DNA of 64,000 bases from the IMG/VR virus record IMGVR_UViG_3300029286_003706, positions 1 to 64,000 of that record. One strand, 5' to 3'. Below are positions 15,894 to 26,300 of this stretch, in pieces (positions within the stretch are counted from its first letter, which is position 1; the number at the start of each line of letters is the position of its first letter). Made by a program: the position numbers and the translations under genes. This DNA comes from a virus. The notes beneath the pieces are model-generated. The model was given only the letters and a program-made list of their open reading frames with translations, was not told the origin of the DNA and searched no databases.

Positions 15894-16201
15894 AGTTGGT
15901 GATTGGTAATTAAATCTAAATTATTTTCTATTTTATTACAAACTTCTGGAAATTTAACAACATCATTCATACTCAATTTAAACCATTCATTTTTTATTCT
16001 AAGATGTGAATAAAGATGGTGAAGAACCCCCTCAACAGCTAATTTATGATGGGTATGATGTTCATATACAATTTTTAAATTACCATCGTTTCCAGTTTGA
16101 AGTTGTTTAGACCTCTTTTTAGACGATTTACGGGTATATCCAATTTTATACACCGTATCATAGTCTCTTACTGATTCGATTAAATAAACTATTCCCAGCA
16201 T
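15890..16201 (-). CDS. GIY-YIG (T5orf172-like) nuclease domain protein
   Basis: VYLI...YKIGYT...R.KQLQTGN...E..LH..Y...R...EWF. Confidence 0.85.
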   Translation of the reverse strand: MLGIVYLIESVRDYDTVYKIGYTRKSSKKRSKQLQTGNDGNLKIVYEHHTHHKLAVEGVLHHLYSHLRIKNEWFKLSMNDVVKFPEVCNKIENNLDLITNHQL

Positions 16202-16333
16202 GATTTAAAGGTATTTTTCAGTATATATTTATATCTGGTGGTCAAAACGGAAAAACAAAACATAAAAAACGTTATATATAATAGTATGAAAAAATTTAAC
16301 ACATCATAATTTTTCGATCTTAGATCGAAAAAT

Positions 16334-16564
16334 ATGAATACAAGTGATTCTATTCGACTTTGGAGAGTCGAACTGGTAAACCGTAATGGCTACCAAGCCC
16401 CATCACAATTGATCGAGGCTAAAAAGAGAGATGTTCACAGTGAGGTGAGAAAATTAAATCTAAGATTATTAGATTTTCCCAAAGTGTGGAGTTATCGTTT
16501 AATCGATTTACATAAAGAATTTGATTCGAAACGTGGTAAATGGGTTGAATCGATTTGGATGTAA
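16334..16564 (+). CDS. hypothetical protein
   Basis: 76-aa ORF preceded by palindrome TTTTCGATCT-T-AGATCGAAAA and followed by a terminator. Confidence 0.65.
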   Translation: MNTSDSIRLWRVELVNRNGYQAPSQLIEAKKRDVHSEVRKLNLRLLDFPKVWSYRLIDLHKEFDSKRGKWVESIWM

Positions 16565-16569
16565 AAAAG

Positions 16570-16596
16570 AAAGGTTGTCAATTGACAACCTTTTTT
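16570..16596. terminator. bidirectional terminator-like inverted repeat
   Basis: AAAGGTTGTCAATTGACAACCTTTTTT between convergent genes. Confidence 0.75.
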
Positions 16597-16997
16597 GTTT
16601 CGCTTTGGACAATTAAATCAACATTATCTTCCGGTTTTGGTAATCTAGTTGTTAATTCGGATTTATTAACCAATGAAATTTCAGATAAAAGGGTTATATT
16701 TGGATCTTTACCAAACATTTTTTCATATAAATATTCAGCACAAAATTGATACCTAAATTTACCATTGAATTCATCTGTTATTTGCAATAATTCTTGATTA
16801 TTATCGAAATATTTTTCAATATAATCCCTTGTTTGATCCCATTGTTTGAAACTTTTTTCACTAATATGATTTATATCACATACAATTCCAACTAAATGAT
16901 CAAAAACTTTATCAACATATGTGTTATCTTCAAATAAATTATCGGTAGTAACAACAGTTTTATAATTTTCGTTTACAAAATCGTTAAATTTTTTCAT
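16578..16997 (-). CDS. protein with capsid-targeting-like tag (start revised)
   Basis: MKKFNDFVNEN directly after TAATATATA. Confidence 0.7.
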   Translation of the reverse strand: MKKFNDFVNENYKTVVTTDNLFEDNTYVDKVFDHLVGIVCDINHISEKSFKQWDQTRDYIEKYFDNNQELLQITDEFNGKFRYQFCAEYLYEKMFGKDPNITLLSEISLVNKSELTTRLPKPEDNVDLIVQSETKKVVN

Positions 16998-17048
16998 ATT
17001 GATATATATTATTTTTTTTATACCAAAAAATATTGTAATTTTGTATTT

Positions 17049-17282
17049 ATGACAAAAATAAAAATAGGAAAAGGATATTTTCAAAAAGGTTACGGTAAGG
17101 GGTTTAATAAAACAGCCACGATATATCTAATTGGTGACAAATTATATGCAAGAAATATAAAAGGTTGGCGTTGTGATTTTGAAAAACTTAATGGAGAATT
17201 AGAGGGGTATGTAAGGGTAAACTTTTTATTAGATCATTTTTTTCAAGTTTCGTTACCAACTGAACACAAAATATACAATTAA
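17049..17282 (+). CDS. hypothetical early protein
   Basis: ORF directly after TAnnTTTG promoter. Confidence 0.7.
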   Translation: MTKIKIGKGYFQKGYGKGFNKTATIYLIGDKLYARNIKGWRCDFEKLNGELEGYVRVNFLLDHFFQVSLPTEHKIYN

Positions 17283-17292
17283 AATTTAAATT

Positions 17293-17478
17293 ATGATAGT
17301 AGGTTTATATAATAATGAAGATGATTATATATTCACAACTAATGGGTGTGGGTGTTGTTCAAACACATTGTTTCTTTCAAGTGATAAAGAGGAAATTATT
17401 AAAGAGTTAAAAGAAAATATTGAGATTGTTAGAATATCCTGTGATCAGATTGGAATTAATTTTGATGATTTATTATAA
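17293..17478 (+). CDS. hypothetical protein (GCGCC motif)
   Basis: 61-aa ORF in early operon. Confidence 0.65.
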   Translation: MIVGLYNNEDDYIFTTNGCGCCSNTLFLSSDKEEIIKELKENIEIVRISCDQIGINFDDLL

Positions 17479-17538
17479 TTTTTAATACATGGAAAACTTT
17501 ATACCAAAAAATATTGTAATTTTGTAGAAACACAAATC

Positions 17539-17808
17539 ATGAAAAGTGAAATGTTAATCAAATTAAAAAATCAATATTACTTAACAAGTGATGATAAAAT
17601 AAATATTGGTGATTGGTTTTATTGTAGTGATAATACCAATTATGCACACATTTTCAAATGTATTGGATTAACTGACGACACACATCTACAAGTTTCGAGT
17701 AAAAATGGTTATGGTGATTGGGATATTGATTACTCATTCAAAATAGTCGCATCAACCAAAAAATTAAACGGAGTAAAATTTTTAAAATTTAAAGAAATAT
17801 GTCAATAA
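17539..17808 (+). CDS. hypothetical early protein
   Basis: ORF directly after duplicated promoter. Confidence 0.7.
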   Translation: MKSEMLIKLKNQYYLTSDDKINIGDWFYCSDNTNYAHIFKCIGLTDDTHLQVSSKNGYGDWDIDYSFKIVASTKKLNGVKFLKFKEICQ

Positions 17809-18097
17809 CACAAAGATCACTTCATTAATCCAGATTACGCTAACTTTGGTGATCCACCTGAAGATGATGAAAGAACAAAAAATCATAAAAAAATTCTTAA
17901 AAAAACGTACCCCGGAAACCCCGATGATTTTTTATGTACTAAGAAACACCCTTTATATTTATGGTGGTTGGAATTCGGATATAATAGAATATTCCGGACA
18001 TTGATAAACTACAATTTCCGTTAAAATATTTCCGTTTATAAATTTTTTATTTCAATAATTTTATTGTATATTTGTAAATAACTAAATAACTACACAT

Positions 18098-18532
18098 ATG
18101 AAAAGAGAACATAAATGGGATAAGGATGATACTATCATCGCCCTATATTACACAAAATTTGGTATAAAACATCTTCCGGTTAAAGATGAAAAAGATTTAG
18201 CTGAAAATATTATTGGGTCATCTTTGGATTCACTTAAAATGTTATCCACCACTTTGGGAAAAACACATGATGTGAGTTTTTCAAAAATTCAAAGGGAAGT
18301 TGTTGATGAATTCAAAAAAATGCAAGAAACTGATTTTCGGGATGTTGTTCTTGAAATCTTTTCTGATACTGAACGAAAAGTTGTTGTTGAAGAAAGAATC
18401 AAGGATCGAAAAGAAAATGAAAAAGAAGAAAAAGCAAAGGAAGAAAAGAAAAAATTGGATTCCATTTTTCGGAAAATGGGGAAAGACCCATCAAAAATGA
18501 GGAGTGTTGGTGTAAGACCTAAAGAATTTTAA
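18098..18532 (+). CDS. hypothetical early protein
   Basis: After TATATTTG at 18067-18074. Confidence 0.7.
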   Translation: MKREHKWDKDDTIIALYYTKFGIKHLPVKDEKDLAENIIGSSLDSLKMLSTTLGKTHDVSFSKIQREVVDEFKKMQETDFRDVVLEIFSDTERKVVVEERIKDRKENEKEEKAKEEKKKLDSIFRKMGKDPSKMRSVGVRPKEF

Positions 18533-20194
18533 GCTTCCAGAATCATAAATACGATAAATTTTTCTTTCTAACATGATTTCATGTTCGGTTTTATTTGGAT
18601 CAAAACCATCACGAATTAATTTATCTTTTCTAAAATTAAATCTATGTTTTCTAACACCATTCACTACATAATAGTAGTCGGGTGGTGTTTTACTTAGAAA
18701 TGTAAAACCTAATTTTTGATATAATTCACCCTGACTCCAAGAACGATCAGTACAACTAATCACTTCTTTTGGATTATAAGTTTTGATGAAATATTTAAAT
18801 AATTTTTCGGCACTACCCACTACTGATGTGTTTAATTTACTACAAAATATCAACATTTCATAAACACCATCAGAATTACTTTGTTTCATAAATTTACGTT
18901 TCGATCCAAAAGTCATTAAAGACACCAATTCATCATTGTAAAATAATCCTAATTTAATAGGTGAACCAACAAAACCCTGTAAATGGTTTTTTTCTAGAAA
19001 ACAACGAACTAATTTATTATCTATTATTTCTTTTATGATACATTTACGGGCATAAATTTTATTTGGTGTTTTTCCAAGTAAATTTAAGATTCTAGATTTA
19101 ACAATTTCCTGTTTAAATACCCAATCATCTTGAAAAATATGTATTAATTTAATATTAATACTTTCTGATAGTTCTGTTTTAATTGAATGATAATTGTTTT
19201 CTTTTTCTTTTTCATTATGCCAATAAACACCATTAAACTCAAACGCCAATTTCAAATCTGGTAAATAAATATCTAATTCATATGGTGAAATTATATTTCT
19301 TTTATTTAATTGAATTTCATTATTATAATTTTCTTTAATGAAATTTTGTAAATCTTTTTCTTGATTGGAAACTGAATCATTAAATGGATTACATATTATA
19401 CAATATGGTATTTTATATTTATATCTTTGAATTAAATTATTTATTTTTATATCGAAAATAGTTTTACATTTATCACACTTTATTGTATAAACACCTTTAT
19501 TAAAAGAAACTATTTCACAATTATATTTATCTATTGATTTTTTTAATTGTTTATCTTTATAAATATCAGATGTCATATAATTTTCAGAACCATATTTTTC
19601 AATATTAGTTTTTATCATTTTTTCTTTTATTGTGTCAGATTTAATGGGAAAATTTACACCGAATTTTTTAAAATTGGAATTTTTCATTTTTTCTTTAATT
19701 TCATTATTTAAAAAAAATGTATTATTTTTAATTTTCGTTTCTTTAATTTTATTTTTAACTTTATCAGATTTGGATGGATGACCACCATATATATATATAC
19801 AAGTATCATTTCTTTTTTGATGATTTAAATAATTTTCATTACCATATTTTTTTAACTTTGTATGTTTAGATTTTTTTATGATATCTTTATTTTGAAAAAC
19901 ATTTTCAGTACCATAAATTTCTATATTTGTTAATTTTCTTTTCTCACTTGAACATTTATTTGAACAAGAATAATAATTATATTTTTTAATATTTTTGTTA
20001 TAATTATAAAATGATATAATCTTTTCTTTATTACATACATCACATTTTGCTAAAATTTTAACACCAGATCCTTTAGATAAAATTTCTATGGGAATTTCTA
20101 TAATATCATTAAAATTAAAATTATATCCTAATTCTTTATAATATTTATAATTATTTGGATTGATTGTTATTTTTACACTGGTTGTTATTAACAT
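18491..20194 (-). CDS. Hef-like free-standing homing endonuclease (Zn ribbon, KYG repeats, Vsr-like nuclease, extra C-terminal domain)
   Basis: KCDVC, ELDIYLPDLKLAFEFNGVYWH, IYARKC, NHLQG, IYDSG; paralogue of 61545. Confidence 0.75.
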   Translation of the reverse strand: MLITTSVKITINPNNYKYYKELGYNFNFNDIIEIPIEILSKGSGVKILAKCDVCNKEKIISFYNYNKNIKKYNYYSCSNKCSSEKRKLTNIEIYGTENVFQNKDIIKKSKHTKLKKYGNENYLNHQKRNDTCIYIYGGHPSKSDKVKNKIKETKIKNNTFFLNNEIKEKMKNSNFKKFGVNFPIKSDTIKEKMIKTNIEKYGSENYMTSDIYKDKQLKKSIDKYNCEIVSFNKGVYTIKCDKCKTIFDIKINNLIQRYKYKIPYCIICNPFNDSVSNQEKDLQNFIKENYNNEIQLNKRNIISPYELDIYLPDLKLAFEFNGVYWHNEKEKENNYHSIKTELSESINIKLIHIFQDDWVFKQEIVKSRILNLLGKTPNKIYARKCIIKEIIDNKLVRCFLEKNHLQGFVGSPIKLGLFYNDELVSLMTFGSKRKFMKQSNSDGVYEMLIFCSKLNTSVVGSAEKLFKYFIKTYNPKEVISCTDRSWSQGELYQKLGFTFLSKTPPDYYYVVNGVRKHRFNFRKDKLIRDGFDPNKTEHEIMLERKIYRIYDSGSLKFFRSYTNTPHF

Positions 20195-20196
20195 TT

Positions 20197-21774
20197 TTAA
20201 AGACTAAATTTTAATTCTTCAAACGGATATCCTTGTGGAATATAAATGTCCTTTTTTCTTGATAAGAAATGATTATACAAAATCCCCTTGAATTCGTGAT
20301 GAAATTGATCAACCAAATCAAAGATAATTGCATTTTCTTTGGTGGAATGTAATCTTAGAGCCCTTCCAATGGCTTGCCTTATTATTTGATCAGATTTAAA
20401 TGAATCCGCGAAAATAAGATTTACAACAGCTTTGATATTTATACCTGTTGCAGACGTTCCAAATGATGCCACAAGTATTTTTACATTACCAGATGTATCT
20501 TCCATTTGTTTTTTGATAAGTGCCCTTTTTTCTTTTGGTGTAGAACCATCTATGTAATAGATGTCTTTGTTTGGTACATTATCTCTCAAATAGTTATATA
20601 ATTCTTTTCCATATACGATATTTTGAAATAATATCATTGAATTATTTTTGAATTTATTGACTAATTTTCCAATGAATATTCTTCTGGGTTGGGAATTCTG
20701 TGCGAATTTTTTTTCCAATTCCCAAGCCTTCCTACCATTACCGTTTTTCTTAACTGAAAAAACATTTGACGCAAAATTATATTCACCGTGATTTAAAATA
20801 ATACCTTTTATTTTACATGGTGAAATAATACCCAAATCCATTAATTTTTTAGCCCTGATGTTAAATAATAATGGACCAGTTACACTTTCAATCATAAGTA
20901 ATTCCGCACTTTCTTCACCCGGATATGTTCCACTCATTCCAAATCTTACTTTAGCATATCCAAATGTATTTCTTAAAATGGTTTTTAGAGAACTTCCTTT
21001 CGCTCGATGTGACTCATCACAACAAACAACATCAAATTGTTCGAAGAATTTAGTAGGCCATTTAACTAAACTTTGATAAGTTCCAATATAAATATTTGGT
21101 TCTTCACCATGATATTTTCTTGGATGATCACTCATAATTTCATCCATTCTAATATTTGTTATTGGATTTTTATTTTCATTATGATAACCAAAATTATAAT
21201 CATTGATTTCATTATAAAATTGAGTAACCAAATCCATTGTTGGAACAATTAATAAAAATTTAGAATTTGGATTAATATGATTTAAATAATAAAAAATTAA
21301 ACTTCCAAAAATCAAAGATTTTCCACCAGCTGTCGCTACTTCAATTCTACCAAATTTGTGTTTTAATATTCTGAAAATTGATTCTTCCTGATGTTCATAT
21401 GGAACAAAAGGTTTAGTTATATCATCCCTATCTTTATGATCTTTATAGAATTCTTTACAGAAATTTTCAATATCTTCAATTTTTATAGTTCTATCCAGTG
21501 GTAATTTATCTTTATTAATAACCTCAAATGGAAAACCATACTCTTTACAACATTTATAACATTCATGCCACAATCCGAAATCAATATATCCACCATGAAA
21601 TTGTTCGGCCTTACCGTCCCAAGGATTGGAAGAAAATTTAGTCAATTTATATTTTGCCATAAAAACATAATTCTTCAAATGTCTATTTAAATATAATTTT
21701 AATTGATTAAATTCTTCTTTGGTTGATTCCTTTAAAATAATTTTTGTAACATTTTCATCTATAATAAATTTCAT
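20197..21774 (-). CDS. uvsW: UvsW-like superfamily 2 DNA helicase
   Basis: ATAGGKS, LIVPT..LVTQF, GTYQSL, DESH, GMSGT, TGINIK, QAIGRALR. Confidence 0.9.
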   Translation of the reverse strand: MKFIIDENVTKIILKESTKEEFNQLKLYLNRHLKNYVFMAKYKLTKFSSNPWDGKAEQFHGGYIDFGLWHECYKCCKEYGFPFEVINKDKLPLDRTIKIEDIENFCKEFYKDHKDRDDITKPFVPYEHQEESIFRILKHKFGRIEVATAGGKSLIFGSLIFYYLNHINPNSKFLLIVPTMDLVTQFYNEINDYNFGYHNENKNPITNIRMDEIMSDHPRKYHGEEPNIYIGTYQSLVKWPTKFFEQFDVVCCDESHRAKGSSLKTILRNTFGYAKVRFGMSGTYPGEESAELLMIESVTGPLLFNIRAKKLMDLGIISPCKIKGIILNHGEYNFASNVFSVKKNGNGRKAWELEKKFAQNSQPRRIFIGKLVNKFKNNSMILFQNIVYGKELYNYLRDNVPNKDIYYIDGSTPKEKRALIKKQMEDTSGNVKILVASFGTSATGINIKAVVNLIFADSFKSDQIIRQAIGRALRLHSTKENAIIFDLVDQFHHEFKGILYNHFLSRKKDIYIPQGYPFEELKFSL

Positions 21775-21809
21775 GTTCTTATATATAAAACTAAAAGTGT
21801 TTTGTTTTT

Positions 21810-22034
21810 ATTTTTAAAGGACTCAAATATCGTTTATATCCAAATGATGAACAGAAAATTTTGTTGGGAAAACATTTTGGTTCGGTTCGTTTCGTATACA
21901 ATTTAGCATTAGAAACAAAAATGAATGCATATAACGGAAATAAAATAAATTTATCAAGATTTGATTTACAAAAACAAGTGGTGGATTTGAAACAAGATTG
22001 TGAGTGGTTAAAAGAAATACACCAAACATATTAA
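21810..22034 (+). pseudogene. tnpB: N-terminal fragment of a canonical IS605 TnpB (not in ORF track; ATT in place of ATG)
   Basis: FKGLKYRLYPNDEQKILLGKHFGSVRFVYNLAL...LKQDCEWLKEI then stop. Confidence 0.85.
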
Positions 22035-22064
22035 TATATAATAAAAACAAATATTTAAAAAAAA

Positions 22065-22793
22065 TTGAAAACAACAACAATAATTCAAGAATATATGAAA
22101 GAACCTGTTATAGGAACAAAGACAGCAAAAGATGTTAAATCTTTTTTTGGAACCAATTTAATTGATATTGAAGATCAAATAACGATTAATGACATTTCTA
22201 TTCAATATTCAGATACACCCACGACACATTATCAATATTATAATGGGGTATCATCTGTTAGTGAAGAAGAAAAAGAAGTTAGTATATTAAGAAATTTAGA
22301 TAGTGTTAAATTTGAAAATCATACAATTGATTTATATAAATTGTATTACACACAATATAATAATTTACAATGGAATTTTGTTTTGAAGGCTAGAAATATT
22401 CTGAAGGAATATTTATTTTTAAAATTGAAAGAGGCTAGAACATTCAAATCAATAAGAAAGGGAGAAACACAAAAAAATGACATTAATACTTTTATTTATG
22501 ACTACATCGAATTCAATTTATTGGATAGATATAATATTGAAAAAATAATATTTTATGTTCAATATATCGATGTGTTGAATATTGGAAATACAACCAATAA
22601 TAATTATACTATAAAATCCCCAACATTTAATAAAATAATTTTCAATCCTAACAATATAACCCGTGATATTAAAATTTTAACAACTGATTATTTGAATAAT
22701 TTGGGTGATGTTAATATGACCTATAATCAAATAAAAAACTCAAATCAATATACATTTTATTATTATTTTGTTATCGACTATAAAAAAATATAA
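22065..22793 (+). CDS. hypothetical late protein
   Basis: 242-aa ORF after TAATATATA at about 22032. Confidence 0.7.
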   Translation: MKTTTIIQEYMKEPVIGTKTAKDVKSFFGTNLIDIEDQITINDISIQYSDTPTTHYQYYNGVSSVSEEEKEVSILRNLDSVKFENHTIDLYKLYYTQYNNLQWNFVLKARNILKEYLFLKLKEARTFKSIRKGETQKNDINTFIYDYIEFNLLDRYNIEKIIFYVQYIDVLNIGNTTNNNYTIKSPTFNKIIFNPNNITRDIKILTTDYLNNLGDVNMTYNQIKNSNQYTFYYYFVIDYKKI

Positions 22794-22835
22794 AACATTA
22801 ATAATAAAATAAAATATAAAAATAAAAATTAGATT

Positions 22836-23312
22836 ATGGCAATATCAAAAGAAAATAAAGATATAAAAGAAACCATTGAAAATCAGAATGAAGAATTGAA
22901 AAAAGAATTGAATGAAAGAGAAAAATATTGGAATGAAACAATTGAAAATATATCAAAAAAATTAGTTAAACCGATTCAAGAAATGATACAGCTTCAAGCC
23001 GAAGTTATTAGTATTAGACAAATTTTAACAGAAGAAATAAAAAGTATATCTTATCAAATTTATAAGTTTAAACAAAAAATGAAAGTTTATGAAAAAGAAA
23101 GATTAGAATTTTATCTACTTGGTTATGTCGCTAAAACGAGTGGTGGTGAAAAGGCTAAATTGATAGAATCTGATTTATCTTTATATCAATATCGTTTAGA
23201 TATTTTTGATGTTCATGCTAATTTTTTAAGAGAAACACAAAAGGATGTTGATAATGTAAATTTTGCAATCAAAAATAAAATAACACTTTTTCAGCTGACT
23301 GAAATGGAATAA
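22836..23312 (+). CDS. UvsY-like recombination mediator
   Basis: Helical 158 aa ending FLRETQKDVDNVNFAIKNKI, close to uvsW as in T4-like phages. Confidence 0.55.
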   Translation: MAISKENKDIKETIENQNEELKKELNEREKYWNETIENISKKLVKPIQEMIQLQAEVISIRQILTEEIKSISYQIYKFKQKMKVYEKERLEFYLLGYVAKTSGGEKAKLIESDLSLYQYRLDIFDVHANFLRETQKDVDNVNFAIKNKITLFQLTEME

Positions 23313-23314
23313 TT

Positions 23315-26300
23315 TTATAATTGTTGATTTGTTTGATTAGTTTGATTTAAAATAGATTCACTATATTTTTGATTAAGTGTGTTCAATGTTACTGTTGATT
23401 CATCGAAACTTTTTGAACTGTTTGTTCTAATAAAAAAATTTCTATCCCACGGAGATTTAAAGATAAATCTATTATAATACGAATAACCATATTCATCAAT
23501 CATGGGATATACTGATGTATCTTTATCTTGATTTATTTTTAATATACTTGAATTTTCATTAACTTTCGAAAACGTAAAATTATTAATCATACCAAAATCA
23601 GATATGGTTGTATCAAACTTAACATTATTATCCATAAATATTGAACTCGTATAATCGAATAAAATTCTATTATAATAATAACTAATTGTTATATAAACAC
23701 AACGTATTTGTGGCATAATAAGTGTTACTTTTTCATTATTATATACTTCACATGTAATTGAAACACTTAAATTGGTATTTAAATCACCCGTACTCATCGA
23801 TTCAAACCCCCATAAACCAGACCCATATGAAAATTCTTGAAATGTTTCCCCCCAATTAGTATCTAAATTTGCATAATTTGTTGAAGTTAAACCGGATTTT
23901 ATAATAATAATTTCATAATCTTTAACATAATTATCAGAATATAAATTTGCATTGAAATGTCTTCTGTTTATTGTTATTGTAATTCCACTTATAATTGCAT
24001 CTATTGGTATTGATCCATCAAAATTAAAATTACTAATTAAAAGATTATTTGTTGTTATTGGAATTGTTGGTGGAATATTTATTTGTGGGTTTTGTCTTTT
24101 ATCACATAATTTATCACAATTTGTCCATAAATAATTATAATTATAATCACCATTATTACATGTATTTGAAGAGAACTTTTCTGTTATTCCTGTGGTATAT
24201 ATTTCTCTTCTTGAATAATTTGTATAATAATATAATCCACCTCTAAAAAGATTTATATCATTAAATATTGGTTCATATGGACCGGAAAATCTAAAAATTT
24301 CATTTTTAGATGGAATTAAATTTGTCGAAACACCAACAATAGATGAAATTTGTGGTTTATCATCTTGTAACGAATTAACAATTCTAGAGATTGGTTCGTT
24401 TAATGAATATCCCATTATTGATTTTGTATCTGGTCCTTTGTATGGTTCTATTTTATAATTTTTCTGTGAATTTAGGTGAATAGAATCCGGATAATCGATA
24501 TAAAGAAGAAATGGTGAAAATGGTTTTTGCCAATTTGGTATATTTACCATTGTTGATTCTGTGGTATAGAAATTATTTGTCATACCAGTATATGTTTGAT
24601 TATCATATTGTGTGATATAATAATAATTTATATATGGTTCATCTTGATATGTAGTATTATTAATTAATGTTATAAAATTATAAGCAGTTAGAAAAATCGA
24701 ATTATAATTTGATATATAACTACCATCTTTTTTCAATCCATAATATAAACCGTTTTTTTCATCGTATTTATTTAAATCATTTAAATAAGCATCATTTTCA
24801 TTATTACTTACTACAAAATTAATTATTATTAAAATATTTTTCCATTTTTCATTTAAAATTATATTTATTCCGTTTCTATTTTCAATAATAATATCATTAT
24901 TAACAATCCCATTTGTTTTTATATTTGATGATGTTTCAGAATTATAATATTCGTTTAAAATTATACTAAATTTATAATCATTAAAATTTTTATTTGTATT
25001 ATATAAAATTTTATAAATTTTATTATTAACAATATCAATATTATCAATTGATTTTATTGAAATTTTTAACCCTTTAAATAATGTTAAAGATAAATTAGAA
25101 ACATCACCAAAATTAAATATAGAATATTTATCATAATTTTGATTATATAAAATTCCACCATCTAAAGAATTCATTTTGTTTTTAAAAAAGTAAGTGAAAT
25201 AGTCGAAATCTGTATTAAAATATGAACCAATATCAAAACCCAAACCTTCCTGACTAAATATAAAATCACCATCAATATTAGTTGATTGAAATTTATAATA
25301 TTGTTTATTTATTGGGTTACTATTATAAAAATTTCCAATTCTATAAAAATAATCTAAGTTTTTTGATAAGACATCTGGATGTGTTAAAAACGGATCTATT
25401 GTTTTGTTAAATGTTCCACCTACTGATAAACTATTATTTAATTTATAATCATAATCGGAATGACTTATAGAACCCATAAACCCCCATTTACAAATGGTTT
25501 GATTTTTTCTCCATATATCAGATAATTGTGTTTGATATCTATCACCAGTTTTATAAATTTTAGAATAATTATCAATTTGTGAATTTGGATTTTGAAATGG
25601 GTATTGTTTTATTTCAAATAATTCATCATCAGCGATATATTCTGATGATACATTGCTTATTTTATATTGAAAACTTGTTCCATATTTTTCATTTTTATAA
25701 TCACGTGGAATAGAAGTGTCGGTGTAATCTATAGCATATAATTTTTCTTCCGGAGTATCAACATAATAAGTTTGTTCATAATCAAAATTTGAAAAATTAC
25801 TATTAATTCTTTCAAAATCAAAATCTTTTATATCCGAAAATTTAATTTTATAAATGTTAAATTGTAATGGTTGGCTATCTTTTGATTCCGTTTTTAATGA
25901 TCTATAAAATTCCGAATTTTTCCCATTTATCCAATATTCTAAATTTTCTGAATTACTATTAATTCCCCAATCAGTCTGAATGTAATATTTATTGATTACT
26001 TCATTTTTATTATTAAAATTAAAATCAGAATATGTTATTCCTGTTCCATTTTTTAAAACATGAAACATTCCATCAATTTCAATTAAATATAAATCACCAT
26101 ACATATAATTCATTGTTTGCGTTTGTCCGGAAATTGGGGAATTTTCATAATACCAATCAATTTGAAAATCAGTTGAATAATTTGTTAAAATATTAAAATT
26201 TTGATATTCTATATTACAAGTTTTTATATTAACTCTTTGTGGGTGATATTTTAAACTGGTGATTCCAGATGGGTCACCAATTGGATCATCCCATATTTTA

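Larger units (their letters stand above)
17017..17526 (+). repeat. identical 29-nt early promoter copies at 17017-17045 and 17498-17526
   Basis: TTTATACCAAAAAATATTGTAATTTTGTA twice. Confidence 0.85.

Noticed and set aside
21823-22080. Minus-strand 85-aa ORF in the track
   Set aside because: Antisense shadow of the TnpB fragment on the + strand
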